Origin: Batkoa obscura
Lineage: Eukaryota
Length of the DNA: 64,000 nt
Assembly: GCA_030770535.1 (NCBI GenBank)
Contig: JASVEC010000028.1
Location: forward strand, 620,001-684,000
Reading direction: 5' to 3'
Under the pieces are notes generated by a model. The model was not told the DNA's origin, did no database searches, and saw only the letters and a program-made list of their open reading frames with translations. Shown here piece by piece: positions 40,509 through 55,567 of the stretch; the stretch's first letter is position 1; every line of letters begins with the position of its first letter. Made by a program: the position numbers and the translations under genes.

Positions 40509-43500
40509 ATGCTCTCAAGTAGCTCAATAAAAAACGCAATGAGTATCAATTTACATCCAGAGAATGAACTTGAAATTAGCAATGAAGTTGATTATTTTAA
40601 GGTAAAATTGGACAACTTACTTCTATAGGAGGAACCTAACTATTTTTCAAAAATATAGAAGTTTGAACTTGAACTACAAAAAAACCATTATAAACATGGA
40701 CTTCAATTATCAAAAAATAACAATGATAGTGAGAGAGACTCTTACAACTCCGGGAATCAAATGAAGCCAGAAGGTGCAAAGAGGGTAGGGCGTCCAAGGA
40801 GTGCCACCATGCCAACCAATAAATTGGACTGGCTAAACTTAAATTTTGACCATTTTGTTAATGAAATGATAAAAAAGCATACTTATACTTCATTAATATG
40901 GTATAAAGACTTAAAGCCAAAAGGTAGTTTATTGATGATATTGAATTTCAGGACTAATAAAGTTTTTAGAACATAAAGTTTATGTTGGTTATGACGAAGA
41001 TTTTGGTCCTTTATTTGTAGCTTTATATTCTCAAGATAGTAGTCATGTAGTTTATTTATACTCTAATTGGGTATGACTTATTAAACATAAAATATTAAAA
41101 TATTAAAAAAAGGATGAATTTAGGGTAGCTCGAAAGTGGTAGTTGATAATGCGATGATAACACCTTCAAGTGTTAATATTACGCAGTCCTTGACACCAAG
41201 GGCCTATAAAATTATCTTATTTTTAGCATTTGAAAAGTATTTGGAAGAACTTGAGAATCAACAGTTTAGCTTAAAGTCTTGGCAACAATCTATCAATTTT
41301 CTATCACCGTGTTATGGGGACAATTTGTACAAGTTTGCTAATGATAAAAGAGGATATCAAAGGGATTTTTTACAAGATATTGATTCAAGCGTCACTTTAT
41401 TTCAGTTAATCAAAAGTGATCTACCCAGATTTGTTGGACAGTTGGAGTTGGTTGAAAATGAACAGCTTGAAAAAACTTTAAAGAATCTTGATAGAAAAAT
41501 TGTATGTAGTTTTATTTTTATAAGTATAAATTTAATGAAAGAAATGCTATTTTTAGATGCAAAAAAGTGTTAATATTGATGTTATAATTCATCATTCTGG
41601 ACTAAATAGAACAATGGGTAACTATCAATTTTATTTTATTTTAATAGAATTTATAAATGTTATTATAGAACAAAGAGATACTTTTAATGCCTTTATTAAA
41701 ATATGTGGCGAACCTTTAGTCCAAAATGGCTCTTCAATTACTCGTGAAGAGCTTATCAACCCAACTATTATTAGCGAAACATCCGATGATCCGACTCAAG
41801 TAAATCTTATTATAATTAATATTTGAGTTATTTTATTCTTTAGCTTATTGCAAGAAGAAGAATCATCTTCCAGGAATTATTAGATTCTGAAACAAAATAC
41901 GTTAATAAATTAAAGGCTATTGTTGAAGTAATAAAAAATACGAAATTATAGCAAATAGCAACATTAACAATAGATTTATTAGGTATTTATCAAGCCATTA
42001 AGAAGTTTAGCTGATAAAGGAAGTAATTTAATACGCCATTATGATATTAAAGCTACGTTTCAATATATCGAAGATATCCTTGAAGTCAATCAAGGATTTT
42101 TATTGGATTTACAATCCTATGACCCGGAAACCTCAAATTTAGGAGAAATTTGTTTAAATCATGTATTATAATTATTTATTACTAGTTAATATGACTTATT
42201 AATTCACAATAGGCTAAAACATTTGAAATCTACGAACCATATATATCAGGGTATCGATATTCCTTAGAATATAATGTTACATTAGAACGTAAAAATAACT
42301 TTTATTATAATTTTGTTATGGTAAACTAATTAATTATATAATTGAAATTAAAATTTTAAACTTTTATAAAGAAAGCAAGGGATCACCCGGAATGTTTCAA
42401 ATTGGCATTAAAAGATTTGTTGGTTATGCCAGTACAAAGGGTGCCACGATATAATTTACTTTTTTCAGGTAATACAAACATACCTAACCTTAACTTTAAA
42501 CTCACTCTTTAAGATTATCTCCGATTTACGCCAAAGGATGATCCAGAATACGATGGACTATATAAAGCCCTAGTTAAAATTAATGAGATAAGCTATTTAG
42601 CATCCCATCGATTATCTGAAAAAGCAGAAGAACTCTCAAGGCTTTTATTTTCAATAGCAGATTGTCCAGTAATTTTTATACTAACTTTAAATCTGAAAAC
42701 CAAACTTACATTCACTTTAGCCTAAAATCATGAGTTCTTCAAGGCATTTCGTTACCCAATTTGATTGTATTGAGGCGGACATTAGCACACTTTCAGGCCA
42801 AGATAACATCACTTTATTTTTATTAAGTGATTGTTTGATCATTACCAAGCGTAATAAAGATAGTAGTAGTACTAAAAAGAAATCGTTTAATTTTATTTCA
42901 TGGATCGATTTAAATGGGTTAGAAGTTTTAGATGCTGAATCCTATGGTAAGTTATAGATACAAAAAACTACATCACAAAATGTTTATTTTCATTTTAGGT
43001 AACATGCATGCACTTTATTTTAAAGGTTCGCTTGAGTATAGTGAAGATTTATACTGGGATCATCAAGAAATTCATATGTTTTCAACTACAGATGCATCAG
43101 ATAAAGCCAGATTTTATAATGAACTCGTTACTACTACTGCAATTTGTAAAGCAAAAAGTAAGTCTAAAATAAGCTAATATTATAAATTTAAATTAACACA
43201 TTTTAAAGAAAATGGAAGCTCATGTTATCATCATTCAATTAAAGATATTAATTTATTTTTTAATATTTATAAACCTGAGTTGTACGAACAGAGTTTGCAT
43301 AAGGTAATCAACTTTTAGATAATTTGATTTTGATTATTTATTTTAAATAAAGAGTGACATTGCACTTCATTATGTTGAAGATTCAGCAATAGCTATCCCT
43401 AGTTATTTTGAAAAAGCATCACCAGCTCTTGTTAGTGGAATGATAAAAGCAAGGGATTGTCGATTTAGGTAGAACAATTCATAATAATAGTAGCAGGAAT

Positions 43501-44310
43501 TTATTGATATTTGTTTAGTTGTTGTTTTAGAAGTCGACCTAAATGCGATAATATATTGGAACACATTCCAGAAGACTATCAAAGTTATTTTTTAAACGAA
43601 AGTAATTTATTAGAGGCCAATAATTTCCAACTACCCTTTTTATTCCAAGATACTTTTTATCAGTCAAGTAAATTATTATTATTATTATTATTATTATTAT
43701 TGTATACTAACTTAATATTCATTTACTATCCTTTATAGTTTTGTTTTATAAAATGGCCCTTAAAACATGTCTTAACAACCAATTAAAACTACAAACGTAT
43801 CATCGAGTGCTATTAGAGAGTCTATATGGGCTTCATTTTCCAAACTCAAAGTCAAGCCATTATTATTTATCCAAGATTCGCACCTTTTCCCACAAATTAA
43901 AAGGGGATAAATTCATTTTAGTATCTAATGGTTTAGCTAATGTCAATACCATTGTACGTAAACTACCTTATAAACAAGCACAACATCAACTTGGTACGAA
44001 TAGTTCTGAACATTATCGTGAGTTAGGGACTAAAACTCGATCTTTAACTGACCCTTTAAGATCTTTTCCTTCAATGATGGATAAGATTTCAGCTACTGCT
44101 AGAAAGGTCACACCGACTAAAATTAAAATCCCTAAACCAGGAGCTGCTACACCTATGCTAAGTCCCATTTCACCATTGAGACCAGTTATCTCTGTTAAAT
44201 CATCCAAAGAAAGTATGAAAGAACCCCAAAAAGAAACTAGTTCATCCGCAGGTCGTAAAAAACGTAGTTCTTTTATTAAGGTTACTCGTTTCTTTTCTTG
44301 GAATAGATGA
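40509..44310 (+). CDS. Dbl-family RhoGEF (DH plus PH-like domain), many introns
   Basis: IFQELLDSETKYVNKLKAIVEVFIKPLR and LALKDLLVMPVQRVPRYNLL (DH); ITLFLLSDCLIITKR (PH-like). Start codon uncertain (40509 or 40539). Confidence 0.8.
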
Positions 44311-44552
44311 AAATTAAGTTAACAAATTTTATTAAAAACTAATTTTGTGATATCAATTATGTTTTAACAGTCTAATGAAAATTTTAAATTAAAAATAAAT
44401 CGAATAAAAAGTTTACTCTTTAATAATTAATTTGAAAGTTGAACTATAAAAGAATACGTACAAGAGTAAACCATTCATTAGGGAACAAGGGAGAAGACTA
44501 AGAGAGAAGTAACAGTAAACAAAATAACACAAAAATAAATTACCCACTAGAA

Positions 44553-46430
44553 CTAATGAAATAGATCAAATCGAACTTTGTTTTTACTTTTAGAAAAGCA
44601 ATTCAATACATCTTTTTCATTTTTGATTAATGTGTAGAACTTTTCATACTCATGATTCAACGCTTTATCTTTAATTACTTTACTAAACGTTGGATTTTTA
44701 CACATATTTTTTGATACTAAATAAAACAAGGCCAATGAAAACGTTACTTGTCCTGTAATCCAAGAACTTTGCTTAAGTGTAATAAAATGGTTAATTCCCA
44801 GTATGATTGTTTTAGATATATGCTCTGGTTGATCGTATTTAGGTACATGTCGAATAAGGAATAATAAGCATCTTGATACCAACCCTAATCGCATATTATA
44901 ATGTGTATCCGTACCAATAACAATATCATATGTAATCACTTTAGCTGCTTCTTCAATGGCTAGTTTCATATACTTATTATGTAACTTGTTCTTTTCCGGC
45001 TCTGTATTGGTTCTAAAATAAAGTACTAAAGAATAGACCCAATAAATACCATAAATGGAACGAAATAAGATAAAATGGGCATGGCGTTCCAAAACATGAT
45101 GTAACTCTTTAGGGGTACTTGCTTTGAGACATAAAAGTTTATTGGAATAATAGGTGCCTTTTTTACGTAAAATTTCTGTTACTTCATCGATATGCTTATA
45201 AATTACTGAAGGCATTAATTGTTGATGCATTGCTTGAATCCGCCATAGATTGATTAAATTGAATGTTTCGCCTTGTTGACTAGTACTTTCTGCTGTTATT
45301 AAACAACAGTAATCAGAAACAGTCGATAAATTTAAATTCATTTTCATTGTTTTTAAATATTGTTTATATACTGCTTTTGTGCTCGCTGTCTTGTATGGTT
45401 TTGCTCCATTAAGTGATACTAAACAAGGTACATCACACGACCAATTTAATATATAACTTAGATGAGTGATTGAGGTGTAAGCTAATTTCCTTTCAAGTAT
45501 CAAGTTACTATCTAAATGTGTTGGTGAGCCACGATGTAATCCAAGTGAATAGGCCATATCTATAGCAACTGTATGAAGGTACCATAAACAAGACCTTACC
45601 CAACCATAGGATTGTAAACCTAAAGCGATGATAAGAAAAGCTTGTAAAGTATCAAATTGGTTTAATGAATATTGTTTTTTAAATAAGCTATGTACTTTAT
45701 ATTCGAGATATAGCTTTAAGGTATTATTGAAAGTGTTAGATTCTAGATGAGATATACCAGAGAGATAAACAGAACACAAAACGAGTTCAGTTCTAGGTCT
45801 AGAAAAAAAGGATTTTTTTGTAAAGAGAGGTATGAAAGGGTTAACAAATTTAAAAAAAGCGTCGATACAATCCGAATAAATGCCCTTAATAGTGGATGTA
45901 TTAAAATTGGGTTCTTTAATCATTAATGGAATTTTATTTTTTATTTTTGTTATATTATCAAACTTTTTTATTACTTCCATAAAGATGATATCGTTATCAC
46001 CATTATCTTTTAAAGTTGGAAACTCAAATAAAGCTAAAAAGTTATTGATAATTCTTTTCCTTGGGAAGGAGTTAACAATGTTTAAAAATTCTTTGATTAC
46101 TTGTGTTTCATCCGACACCACTTTAAAAAAAGTATGTTTAAAACTGGTTGGTTTGGTAATCAACTGGTTTAATTTATTCTGTTGATTTCCATTTTCTTTG
46201 ACATCTTCTTTATAGTCTAATATAACAAACTCTTCTTTATTTTGTATCTTAAAACTATTGATATATCTTTCTACTTCTGGTTTGATCTTTTTATGTGTCT
46301 TTAATGCCCGCTCATAATTACATTCAATATCCAAATGTTCACATGACTTACAAATCGGTATATCTCTAGAGCATCCTAATCCTCTTTTTGCGCATTGGTC
46401 ACAACGGTTTGGCATAAGTAAAGAATTCAT
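44553..46430 (-). CDS. Zn(II)2Cys6 fungal transcription factor, intronless
   Basis: CDQCAKRGLGCSRDIPICKSCEHLDIEC; fungal-TF middle region FFKFVNPFIPLF and AYSLGLHR. Confidence 0.9.
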   Translation of the reverse strand: MNSLLMPNRCDQCAKRGLGCSRDIPICKSCEHLDIECNYERALKTHKKIKPEVERYINSFKIQNKEEFVILDYKEDVKENGNQQNKLNQLITKPTSFKHTFFKVVSDETQVIKEFLNIVNSFPRKRIINNFLALFEFPTLKDNGDNDIIFMEVIKKFDNITKIKNKIPLMIKEPNFNTSTIKGIYSDCIDAFFKFVNPFIPLFTKKSFFSRPRTELVLCSVYLSGISHLESNTFNNTLKLYLEYKVHSLFKKQYSLNQFDTLQAFLIIALGLQSYGWVRSCLWYLHTVAIDMAYSLGLHRGSPTHLDSNLILERKLAYTSITHLSYILNWSCDVPCLVSLNGAKPYKTASTKAVYKQYLKTMKMNLNLSTVSDYCCLITAESTSQQGETFNLINLWRIQAMHQQLMPSVIYKHIDEVTEILRKKGTYYSNKLLCLKASTPKELHHVLERHAHFILFRSIYGIYWVYSLVLYFRTNTEPEKNKLHNKYMKLAIEEAAKVITYDIVIGTDTHYNMRLGLVSRCLLFLIRHVPKYDQPEHISKTIILGINHFITLKQSSWITGQVTFSLALFYLVSKNMCKNPTFSKVIKDKALNHEYEKFYTLIKNEKDVLNCFSKSKNKVRFDLFH

Positions 46431-47432
46431 TGTTTTTAGTTTAACTTTAAAATAACGAAAAGGTGATTTTATTTTATTTTAAATCTAAAATAATATGAAG
46501 ATAAAATAGCAATGAGTCAATAAAAAATGTAAAACATTTGTAGCTTGGAGTAATGAAAATTTTTAAGCCAATTATTTTTGAATCACAATTCACTAAGTTT
46601 CAATATGTCTTATTTTAGCTTTATTCTTTACTTGTGTTCTGTTTCTTGTTCGATGCTTCTTTGTTTATTTGGAAGGTATAACTGTCCTATTTTGAATAAG
46701 CTGTTGTAGTTGTTTATTTTCTATTTCTACCAGTTTATTCTGGTTACCTCGACCTGTTTTTACTAAAAATGTAATAGTATTAATTTAATGATTATTTTAG
46801 CTCGACTTTATTGATTTTTAATATTCATAAAAAAGATAGTACATGGTTGCCACATTACCAATAAAAGCGTTAATGATACTAACTTTTATGACACTAACTT
46901 ATTTTATGTATTAATATTATATTTTGATATGTTGTATTGTATAGGTTTATTTACTTGAACAGATTTATACGATTACAAATAATACAATGCTGCATTAATA
47001 AAATTTCAATTTTAATTGGAGAAATTTCAGCTCATGATAAAAACCCAAAGACCCTTTTTAAAAGTATGCTTAAATCTAGTCATGGAATTTTTACAGATTG
47101 TTTACCAACAAAATAAGCTTATAAAATAATAGGCTAAAGAATTCAAGTTGCTAATATTGAAATTAAATGGAACAGGAGATGACATTTCCTAATCTTAAAA
47201 TTATTTAGTTTCAAAGTTTATTTTAAAATTGTTATATTAGACTATATTAGGATGTTGTAAATTTTTTATAGATAAAAGCTTATCTATTTTATAAAAAAAG
47301 AAGAAAAACTTTATTCGAAACATTGATAAAACATCTTTTTATACCCTTCAAAAGCGGAAGATAGTAAGAGTGGATTCCAAGTACAATTTAATAGCAAATA
47401 AATAAAAAAAAGCAAATAAATTATCAATAAAC

Positions 47433-47732
47433 TCATGAACTAGAACTTAAAAAGGGCAAAAGAGCATGTAGTTTAAGCCTTAAATTCCAACCCTTTCTAG
47501 TGTCATTATAATTATAAACCATTTTAGTTGTTGAACTTAAACCATTAAACATGGAAGCGATATAAGAAAAAGTAAAAACAAAAAAGATCAAATTCAAACT
47601 AAATAAATAAACAATGAAATGAATTAACCAGGGATGAAAGACCAATTGAAGTGGATAGGTTACTATCTTTTGTAAGCTTAACATAAATCGCTTCTCTCCT
47701 TTCAGTTTACTATCGCTTAAGTTGGGATTCAT
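47433..47732 (-). CDS. Possible small single-TM protein (99 aa)
   Basis: ORF with caaaaATG context, one hydrophobic stretch and CCAAT motifs upstream. No recognised family. Confidence 0.3.
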   Translation of the reverse strand: MNPNLSDSKLKGEKRFMLSLQKIVTYPLQLVFHPWLIHFIVYLFSLNLIFFVFTFSYIASMFNGLSSTTKMVYNYNDTRKGWNLRLKLHALLPFLSSSS

Positions 47733-48283
47733 TTTTGTAAAAAGTAAATTGAGAAATTTATAGTCGGTTTTTATTAACGTTGAATTTTAAGGGGTTGACC
47801 AATGAAATTTGGTTTCAATAATAGTTGGGTAGTTATTGGATTTAAAGTTGGCAGTGAATGGTAACTAAATGCGTACTTATTTTTAAAATATTAAAAATAA
47901 ACTCATTTTATAATTCATTAATAAAATATAGTTCTAATTATTTTTAATGAATTTTGTTATTTTTCAATTACGTTCTAACATTTTTATAGTTTAATTAGCA
48001 ATTTTAATATAAAATAAAAGCAGTCACTTTTCTGAATTAATTTTTTCATTGCACAATTTTCTACATTTAGTAAAACTTGAGCTTAATCTCTCATTTTGTT
48101 TGAGATAAGTGATTTTAGTTCAACAATGATTGGCTCTACTAAGATATTAGCAAAAGGCTTAAACACTCAACTAAGTTAACGAGCATGATAACAAAGCAAT
48201 CAAGACCCAAAAATAAGTTAAACATCTTTTAAAATTAAAAAACTCAACGATAATAAAAAAAGAAAGTTTTAATTGAATGAAAC

Positions 48284-50009
48284 ATGTCGATTAAAGCAGA
48301 AAGTATTAATTCAAAATCGGAAGGTTCTGTTGAAAAAGTATTAGAAGACGCAAAAGGGATGGCAAACTCGTTATCTTTAAGAATAAGTAATTGGTGGAAC
48401 GCATTATTACCAGTTAATCAAGATATTAGTCCAACACCAAAAAATAATAACTTATCTCAAACAGATATAGAAATTAAAAGTTTAGAAGCTTTAAGGAACT
48501 CTTGGTATTCAAGTAAAGAAAAAAAGAGATTGTCAAATACTTCAATTGCTTCCAATGGAACAAGTTCTCAATCAAACGAGGGCGAATATGCTACTATTTG
48601 GTTATTAGGAAAAGATTATAAGATACTTGCTCAAGATTTAGTTAATGGCAACTTTGATGCTTTTCAACCTTTATTAGAAGACTTTCAAGCTCAACCTTGG
48701 TTCACTTATCGTCACCATTTTCAAACTTTATTACCTTCAACTTATACGACTGACTCTGGATGGGGTTGTATGCTAAGAAGTGGACAATGCTTATTAGGAC
48801 AAACATTCTTTCGTAGGGAGTTGGGGAGAGGTAAATGGATTTGTGATTTTAGAAACTTAAACATTAAATTTTATAGATTGGAGACTTAGAGATAATAAAG
48901 ATGAAAAAGTTGGAATGAAATACAAAAAAGTAAAATATAAAATATAAAATAGTTAAGTTAAAGGTAGATTAAAAGAAATTACTAGGTATTATCTTGGTTT
49001 TTAGATGAGATGTCAACCAACAGTCCGTATTCTATTCATAGAATTGCATTATTAGGGAAACAATATAAAAAAGAAATTGGAGATTGGTTTGGACCACATA
49101 CTATGGCATTAGTTATAAAGTAAGACAATTCTTAGTTATAATAGAAATAATAACGTTTACTTTTAAAAAAGATCTTTGGTATTGGATCATGAAGATATTG
49201 ATTTAAATGTATATATTAATACAGAAGGCACGATTTATAAATCAGAGATATTATCACCTAATTTAGCTTCAAGTGCTTATGAGGGTATGTCCAATTCTTT
49301 TAATGACAAATCAATAGCTACTGAGGCTGGATTTACACCTACGCTGATCTTATTACCAATAAGGCTTGGTGTGGAAACTTTGAATTCTGTTTATCATGTT
49401 GCTTTGAAGGTAAGTTGTAACTCAGAATCAAAATATGATTAGTTTATTGATACTTTTATTTCAGAGTTATTTTGGATTTCCTCAGATTGTTGGAATTGCT
49501 GGGTAAGTTTAGTCATATTTATTGATGTTTTAAAGTTTAATATATTTATAGTGGTAAACCAAAATCATCGTTGTATTTTATGGGATTCGAAGGTAATTTG
49601 GTATATTCCTTTGTAGAAGTTAAATGTTAATTTTATTTTATTAGATGACAATATCATCTATTCTGATCCTCATCATTCTCGGCCTGCATTAGCAAGTAAA
49701 AACATAGATGAATATAATTATGAAGTAATATACGTAAACAATCGAATAGCAAAACAGATTAATAACATATATTATTAGGATTTTTTAAGCTATCATTGTG
49801 AATTACCGAATAAGATTAATATAGCACAATTAGATCCATGCATGCTATTAGGCTTCTATTGTGATAGTCAAAAAGAGTTTTTAGATTTTTGTCAACGATC
49901 GGAAGAATTAGCCAAATATACAACACCTATATTTCGAGTTTATGATCAGAAACCAGTTTATTTAGATGATTTTAATATGGAACCCGATTCCGATGATGAT
50001 CAATTTTAA
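48284..50009 (+). CDS. ATG4: Atg4 cysteine protease (C54)
   Basis: WFTYR, TTDSGWGCMLRSGQ (catalytic Cys), YSIHRIA, GDWFGP, GIAGGKPKSSLYFMG, DPH and LDPCMLLGF. Confidence 0.95.
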
Positions 50010-50634
50010 TATGAACTTATGGATTTCTTGTGTATAGTTTAGTGCCGGTGTATTAGCAACCTTTTCCTATTTATATAGTAGCAGTAATATATATATTTGT
50101 ATTATATTTTTTGTACCTTTTTGAACTTTTTTGTCTTATAATTGGGAGTTTTTAATTTATTTTAGTTGCTAATTAAGCTTTAATTTGATATTATAAAGCG
50201 TAAGTATGATTAGATAGTTATAAAGTATTATTATTTTGTTTGAGTGCTATGATAACACTCATTGTACTTGTATTCTTATTGTTTTAAATCATAAATTAAT
50301 AAAAAAAATACAATGTGCTTAAATTACTTGTTTGCAAAAGTTGATCGTATTTTTTTTAACAAAGGTATTAAAACAGGTGATATTTAAACTTTAAATATTT
50401 ATAAAATTAATTTGATATATAAAAGTTGTTTATGAGATAGCTTTGATAGTAATAATAAATTAAATTGATGCATTTTGTCTCTATTTTTAGCTTGAGAAAA
50501 ATGATGTAGCAAATAAATGATCAAACTTTAAAAATGATTGAATCATAAAGAAAAAAAATATCAAAAAAAGTATTTTAGATTAAACTTTAAAAACTAAAAG
50601 ATTTCTTTCTTTACATTATTAAGAAATAAAAAAA

Positions 50635-53600
50635 ATGAAGCAATTAAAAGAAACACGCTTGCGATTGGAAGACATAGCTTCTAATGGTTGTCCAATGAAG
50701 AGTTTGTATCTAGATAAAACAGAAGCTGAGATAGAAACTGGAATGGAATGGAATCGACCTGAACTAATTGAACCGTTAAACAACGATTATTTTGAGTTAA
50801 AGATTGATCAAGTGATAGTTAAATTCTACATCAAAGTAGGAAGTGATAAAGATAGCCTAACCATATCAATAATCGAACAAAAGAGGGATTTGAATAGTAG
50901 TGATTTATTTGAACAAGAAGTAATGTCTGAATCAACGACTAATGAAGTACCCTTAGTTACTCAGTTAAAAGTGCATTTCAACAGCAGTAAAGTATTAAAA
51001 TACCAAATAGAGTATGATCAACGTCATTGCTATCTTATGTGTTTATTGGATAGTTTAGAATACCAATTTTTTGAACTTAATTTAACATCTGTACCAACCG
51101 TTGGATTTAAAGAACCATTGTTATTGAAGCAGCATAGTATTTATTTAAAAAGGTATTCTGTATTTGAAATTAAATATTTTGGTATTGTGGATTTAAACTC
51201 ATTTGTAGTTTGTAATCAAAATTTTCAATTAATTTATTTTCAACTTAATTTAGATAATGGTAACTTATATTTATTTTAATCTGCTTTATTTTTTATTTTT
51301 ATTTTTATCTTAGGAATAATTAGCTTTAAAGAATTAAAGATACCTTTTGATTTTAATTTTAATGGTTTGGTTCGTGCTTTCAATTTAAGAAATAGTACCA
51401 TTAATAATAATACTCAAAATCAAGTGATTCAACATAGTAATATTATGGATTGTGAAGGTAATATTAATAAAATAATTACGTTACATTGTGATGGTAAATT
51501 AAGGGTGTGGGATTTAAAGGAACAAGTTATTGTATTTCATTATCAAATTGAGCAATTCAATTATCAAAATAATCAAATGAATATATATTTTCATCAAAAT
51601 ATATATTATCTAATCGTAAGTGATAGGAATGAAAAACAAAAAGTTCAATTTTTTGTTTATAAATTTCAAATTAGTCATATGGAGGCTGTTCACTCATTTC
51701 ATTTATTAGATAAAGTAAATTATTTTAATTTAATTCAATTAAATAATCCAAAAAATAATTGTAATATTAATGTAATAGACTTTATACTTTTATTTAATAA
51801 TAGTGCAATTCAATTATATGGGTTGTTTGAAATCAATCAATTAAGGTATGTTAATAGTATTAATATCAATAATTATTATAGTCAACAATATAATAACAGT
51901 AATGACAATATGATTGATACAAATGATAGTATAATAATCAACGAACAAATTATAAATAATAATAATAATGAATGGAATTCAATTATATTAGAAAATTCAT
52001 TAGAATTAAGGATTGAAAAAAAGATTGAACAAATCAAAACACAAAAAAAGATTGAAAATAATATACTTGAATTTTTGTTTGAGTTATCTACATTTGGTTC
52101 CTTTATTTTACGAGATACTTATCAACAATTTATATTAAAATATAATATTAATCATTTTCAATTAATGAGTCATGCAATTAATAATAATAATGAATCAATT
52201 TATTTAAATATTATTAAAGCAATGAGTTATTTGTTTGACTTAGAATCAAGTAATAATAATAATGAAGATAATATAGAAAGTATTAAAGAGAACATTTGGA
52301 TTAAATTCTTAAAGTGTAGTTTAATTAGTTCAAAAAAATATGGATTACCGATTAAATTTTATTTTAATCGTGTTATAAATAATGAATTAACAATTAATAA
52401 TAATAACAATCAATCATCATATTTACCCAAATTAATTTATAATGATGGTTTAAGTTTATTTTCAACAATTAGTTATAGTGAATTTTTATATTATCAATTA
52501 TTTAATAATCAGTTATTTAATTTAATTCATTTATTTCAATTTAATATAAACCAACAACAAGAAATCATTATTAATATTGAAGATTATAATAACAGTTATA
52601 TGAATATAAATAATAGTAATAATGAAATAACTATTAATGGATATACATCGAATATTAATTTAAATCAAGATTTAATTAGTTATATGAAATTAATAGAAGT
52701 AATTGAACAAAGTATTAATGAAATACAATTACAATTAATTGAATCTCAATTAATCGAGTTATTAATTAAAAATCAAGAATTTAATTTAAATTTTATAGAT
52801 ATTATTCAATATTCAATATTAAAATGGAAAGAAAATAATCACCTATTTTTAAATTTAGAATTAGAATTGATATCCATATCTAATAATATTCATCATTTAT
52901 CTATTCATCAATTTTTATTGGAGTATTTATTTAATATCACTAATGACCAAGAAGTTAATAGTAATAATAATAATGAAGATGAAAGTAATGAAGATTTAAT
53001 TGTTAATAGTTTATTAGAATTAAGTGAATTAAATTATTCAATTTATAGTAAATTAAATAGTCAAAGTAAATTAAGCCCAATTATAATAATTTTATTGATT
53101 ATTATTAATAATAGTCAACAATTAAAAATAAATTTAAAATTAGAAGAGGAAGAATTTAATATATTAAATTCAATTCGATATTCAACTGTTTTAATGGGAG
53201 TATATCATTTATTTTTTAAACCATTAATATTACATCAAAATCATCAAATTAATGGAGAGACTAGTCAAAGTTTAATTCAATATAATAATAGTCAAGAAAA
53301 TCAAATGTTAATATATAATTCAATTAAAGATATTCAGCATTCTACTTTATTTTTTGATTACTTCAAAAAGAAAGGAATAGAAATTCAATTAATGAAAGAT
53401 CCCAAATTATTTATTAAACAGTTATTAAATTATTTTATATTTAAAAAAGAAGAATCAAATAATCCATTTTATTTAATCAACGATCAAAAGACAGTAAATC
53501 CAATTTCATTATTTTTAGCAGATTTAATTAAATATCTAATTTATAACAATTATTTTGGTCATTCAATCTTATTATCATTATTATGTGGTAATTATTTTTA

Positions 53601-55567
53601 TTTTTATTGGATTCAAGGGATTATGTTTTATTTAAAAAAAGATTATTCTAAAAGTTTTGAGTATTTTAAGGATGCTATTAATTTATATAGTGATTATAAC
53701 AATAATAACATTAATAATAATTTATTATTAATTAATTTAGTACAAATCCAATTACCTTCATTTCACTGCAATATTAATTCATCGTATTTTTTTTATTTAT
53801 TAGCTAAAAAATATTATGAAGATGGAATAATAGAATATGCTAATTTAATTATGGAACAATCAATTAGTTTATTTTTAGATGAAATTAAAACAACGGATGA
53901 AGATATAATAGAAAAACAAACAAATGAATATTATTATTTTAAATTTGAGTTACAAATTGAATTAAAAAAATATGATAGTGCAGTTAATTTTATTCCATTA
54001 ATTAAAAATCCAATAATCAAAAAAAAATGTATTCAAATATTATTAAATCATATTGTTGAATATCAATTAAATTTTGATTTAATTTATATTTCAACAGAAA
54101 GAGAATTTATTTTATTATTATTATGGGAAAAATTGATTCACTTAATTAACAAAAATAAAGAAACGGAAATAATAGAACAATGGTTTAGTGGTATATTACA
54201 ATTTTATTTATTAAATTTAGATTATATGGAAGGTAAAACATTACTTTTTATAATAAATAATATAATAATTAAATATTAATATCTCTATTTTTGTTAGCTG
54301 CTACCACTTTATTTCATCAAATTATTTATTATTTTACACAATTATCTAAAGAATTTCGAGAATTTACTATTATTTTACAAAAAATGTTAAAGAATTTTAA
54401 AGTGATTGTAGAAATTATTGAACAAACTAATTTATCACTCAATTATTTTAAAATTAAAAATGAATTTTTAGAAGAGTATCAAACGTACATGTTAAATTAT
54501 ATTAATGAATTTGAGAAAGAAAGTAAATATTTTATTTTATTTTATTTTATTTTATTTTGATATATGAAGAATAATATTAATAAAAGTGATTTTTAGGCTT
54601 ACCCAATAGAATTGTGTCATTCCAAATGGTATTAAAATATTGTGCGTTGGTACAAAGTAGTTTAAAATTATATAACAATTCAATTTATGAAATTAAAAGT
54701 AAGATTGATTATTAACTACTATTGATGATAATAATATTAATGTATTTATATATTTGTTAGAAAACCAATTATTAACATATAATGAAGTTATTGAAGGTTA
54801 TTGCTTATTAAAAAATTATACTACTTGTTTTCAATTAACTCAATTATTTGAACAAAAATTAACAAAGGTATTTTTTATGATGATTGAAAATGTAAAGCAG
54901 TTAATAGAAGAAAAGTAAGTTTATTTAATTATAATTATAATTATATTAATAATATTAATTTAATGATGTAGAAATAACAAAAAGGATAATTTAATAAAAG
55001 AAAAAAAAGAAAAAGAATTATTAAAACTATTAGAATTGATCAAAGTTGAATTAAAAAAACAAAATGAATCAGAATATTATATTTTATTAATTCAACAATT
55101 ATTGCAAGATCAAATAATGAATATAAAAGATGATTTCGTAATTAATATATTAAATGAACTATATGTAAGCTATTATTAATAATTATTTATTATTCTATTT
55201 TATATGGTGATTGTTATATTAATTAATTTTATTTTTTTAATTTTTTTAATAGGAACTGGATTTTAACCAATTGATACGTTTATTAATTTCATATAATTAT
55301 TTGGAAATTGGGCTAAAATTTATGGTAGATAAAATGAATTTTATATTATCCAATAATAATCTTAAACTTGGTTTACCAATTCTTTGTTGCGATTTATTAT
55401 ATAATAGTTTAAAATTAAATAATGTAAGTTTTATTTTTATTATAAAATTTTTTAATGAATAAAAATTAATAAATTATTTTTTATTTTTTTAGGATATTGA
55501 ATTATTAAATCAATTTGAAGAGAAGATTAATTTACCATTAAAATTAAAAATGAAAGATTTGGAATAA
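50635..55567 (+). CDS. Nucleoporin Nup120/Nup160-like, Asn-rich and highly diverged
   Basis: Large multi-exon gene with a beta-propeller-like N-terminus (TLHCDGKLRVWDL), an alpha-solenoid C-terminus and LPILCCDLL near the end. Confidence 0.65.

Noticed and set aside
37195..44310. RhoGDI next to a RhoGEF, and several trafficking/autophagy genes, as a functional cluster
   Set aside because: They are common housekeeping genes interleaved with unrelated ones, and there is no evidence of co-regulation or conserved synteny from this window.
46620..46770. Minus-strand KTGRGNQNKL...QLQQLIQN resembling a Tc1 linker
   Set aside because: Too short and weak to support a call.
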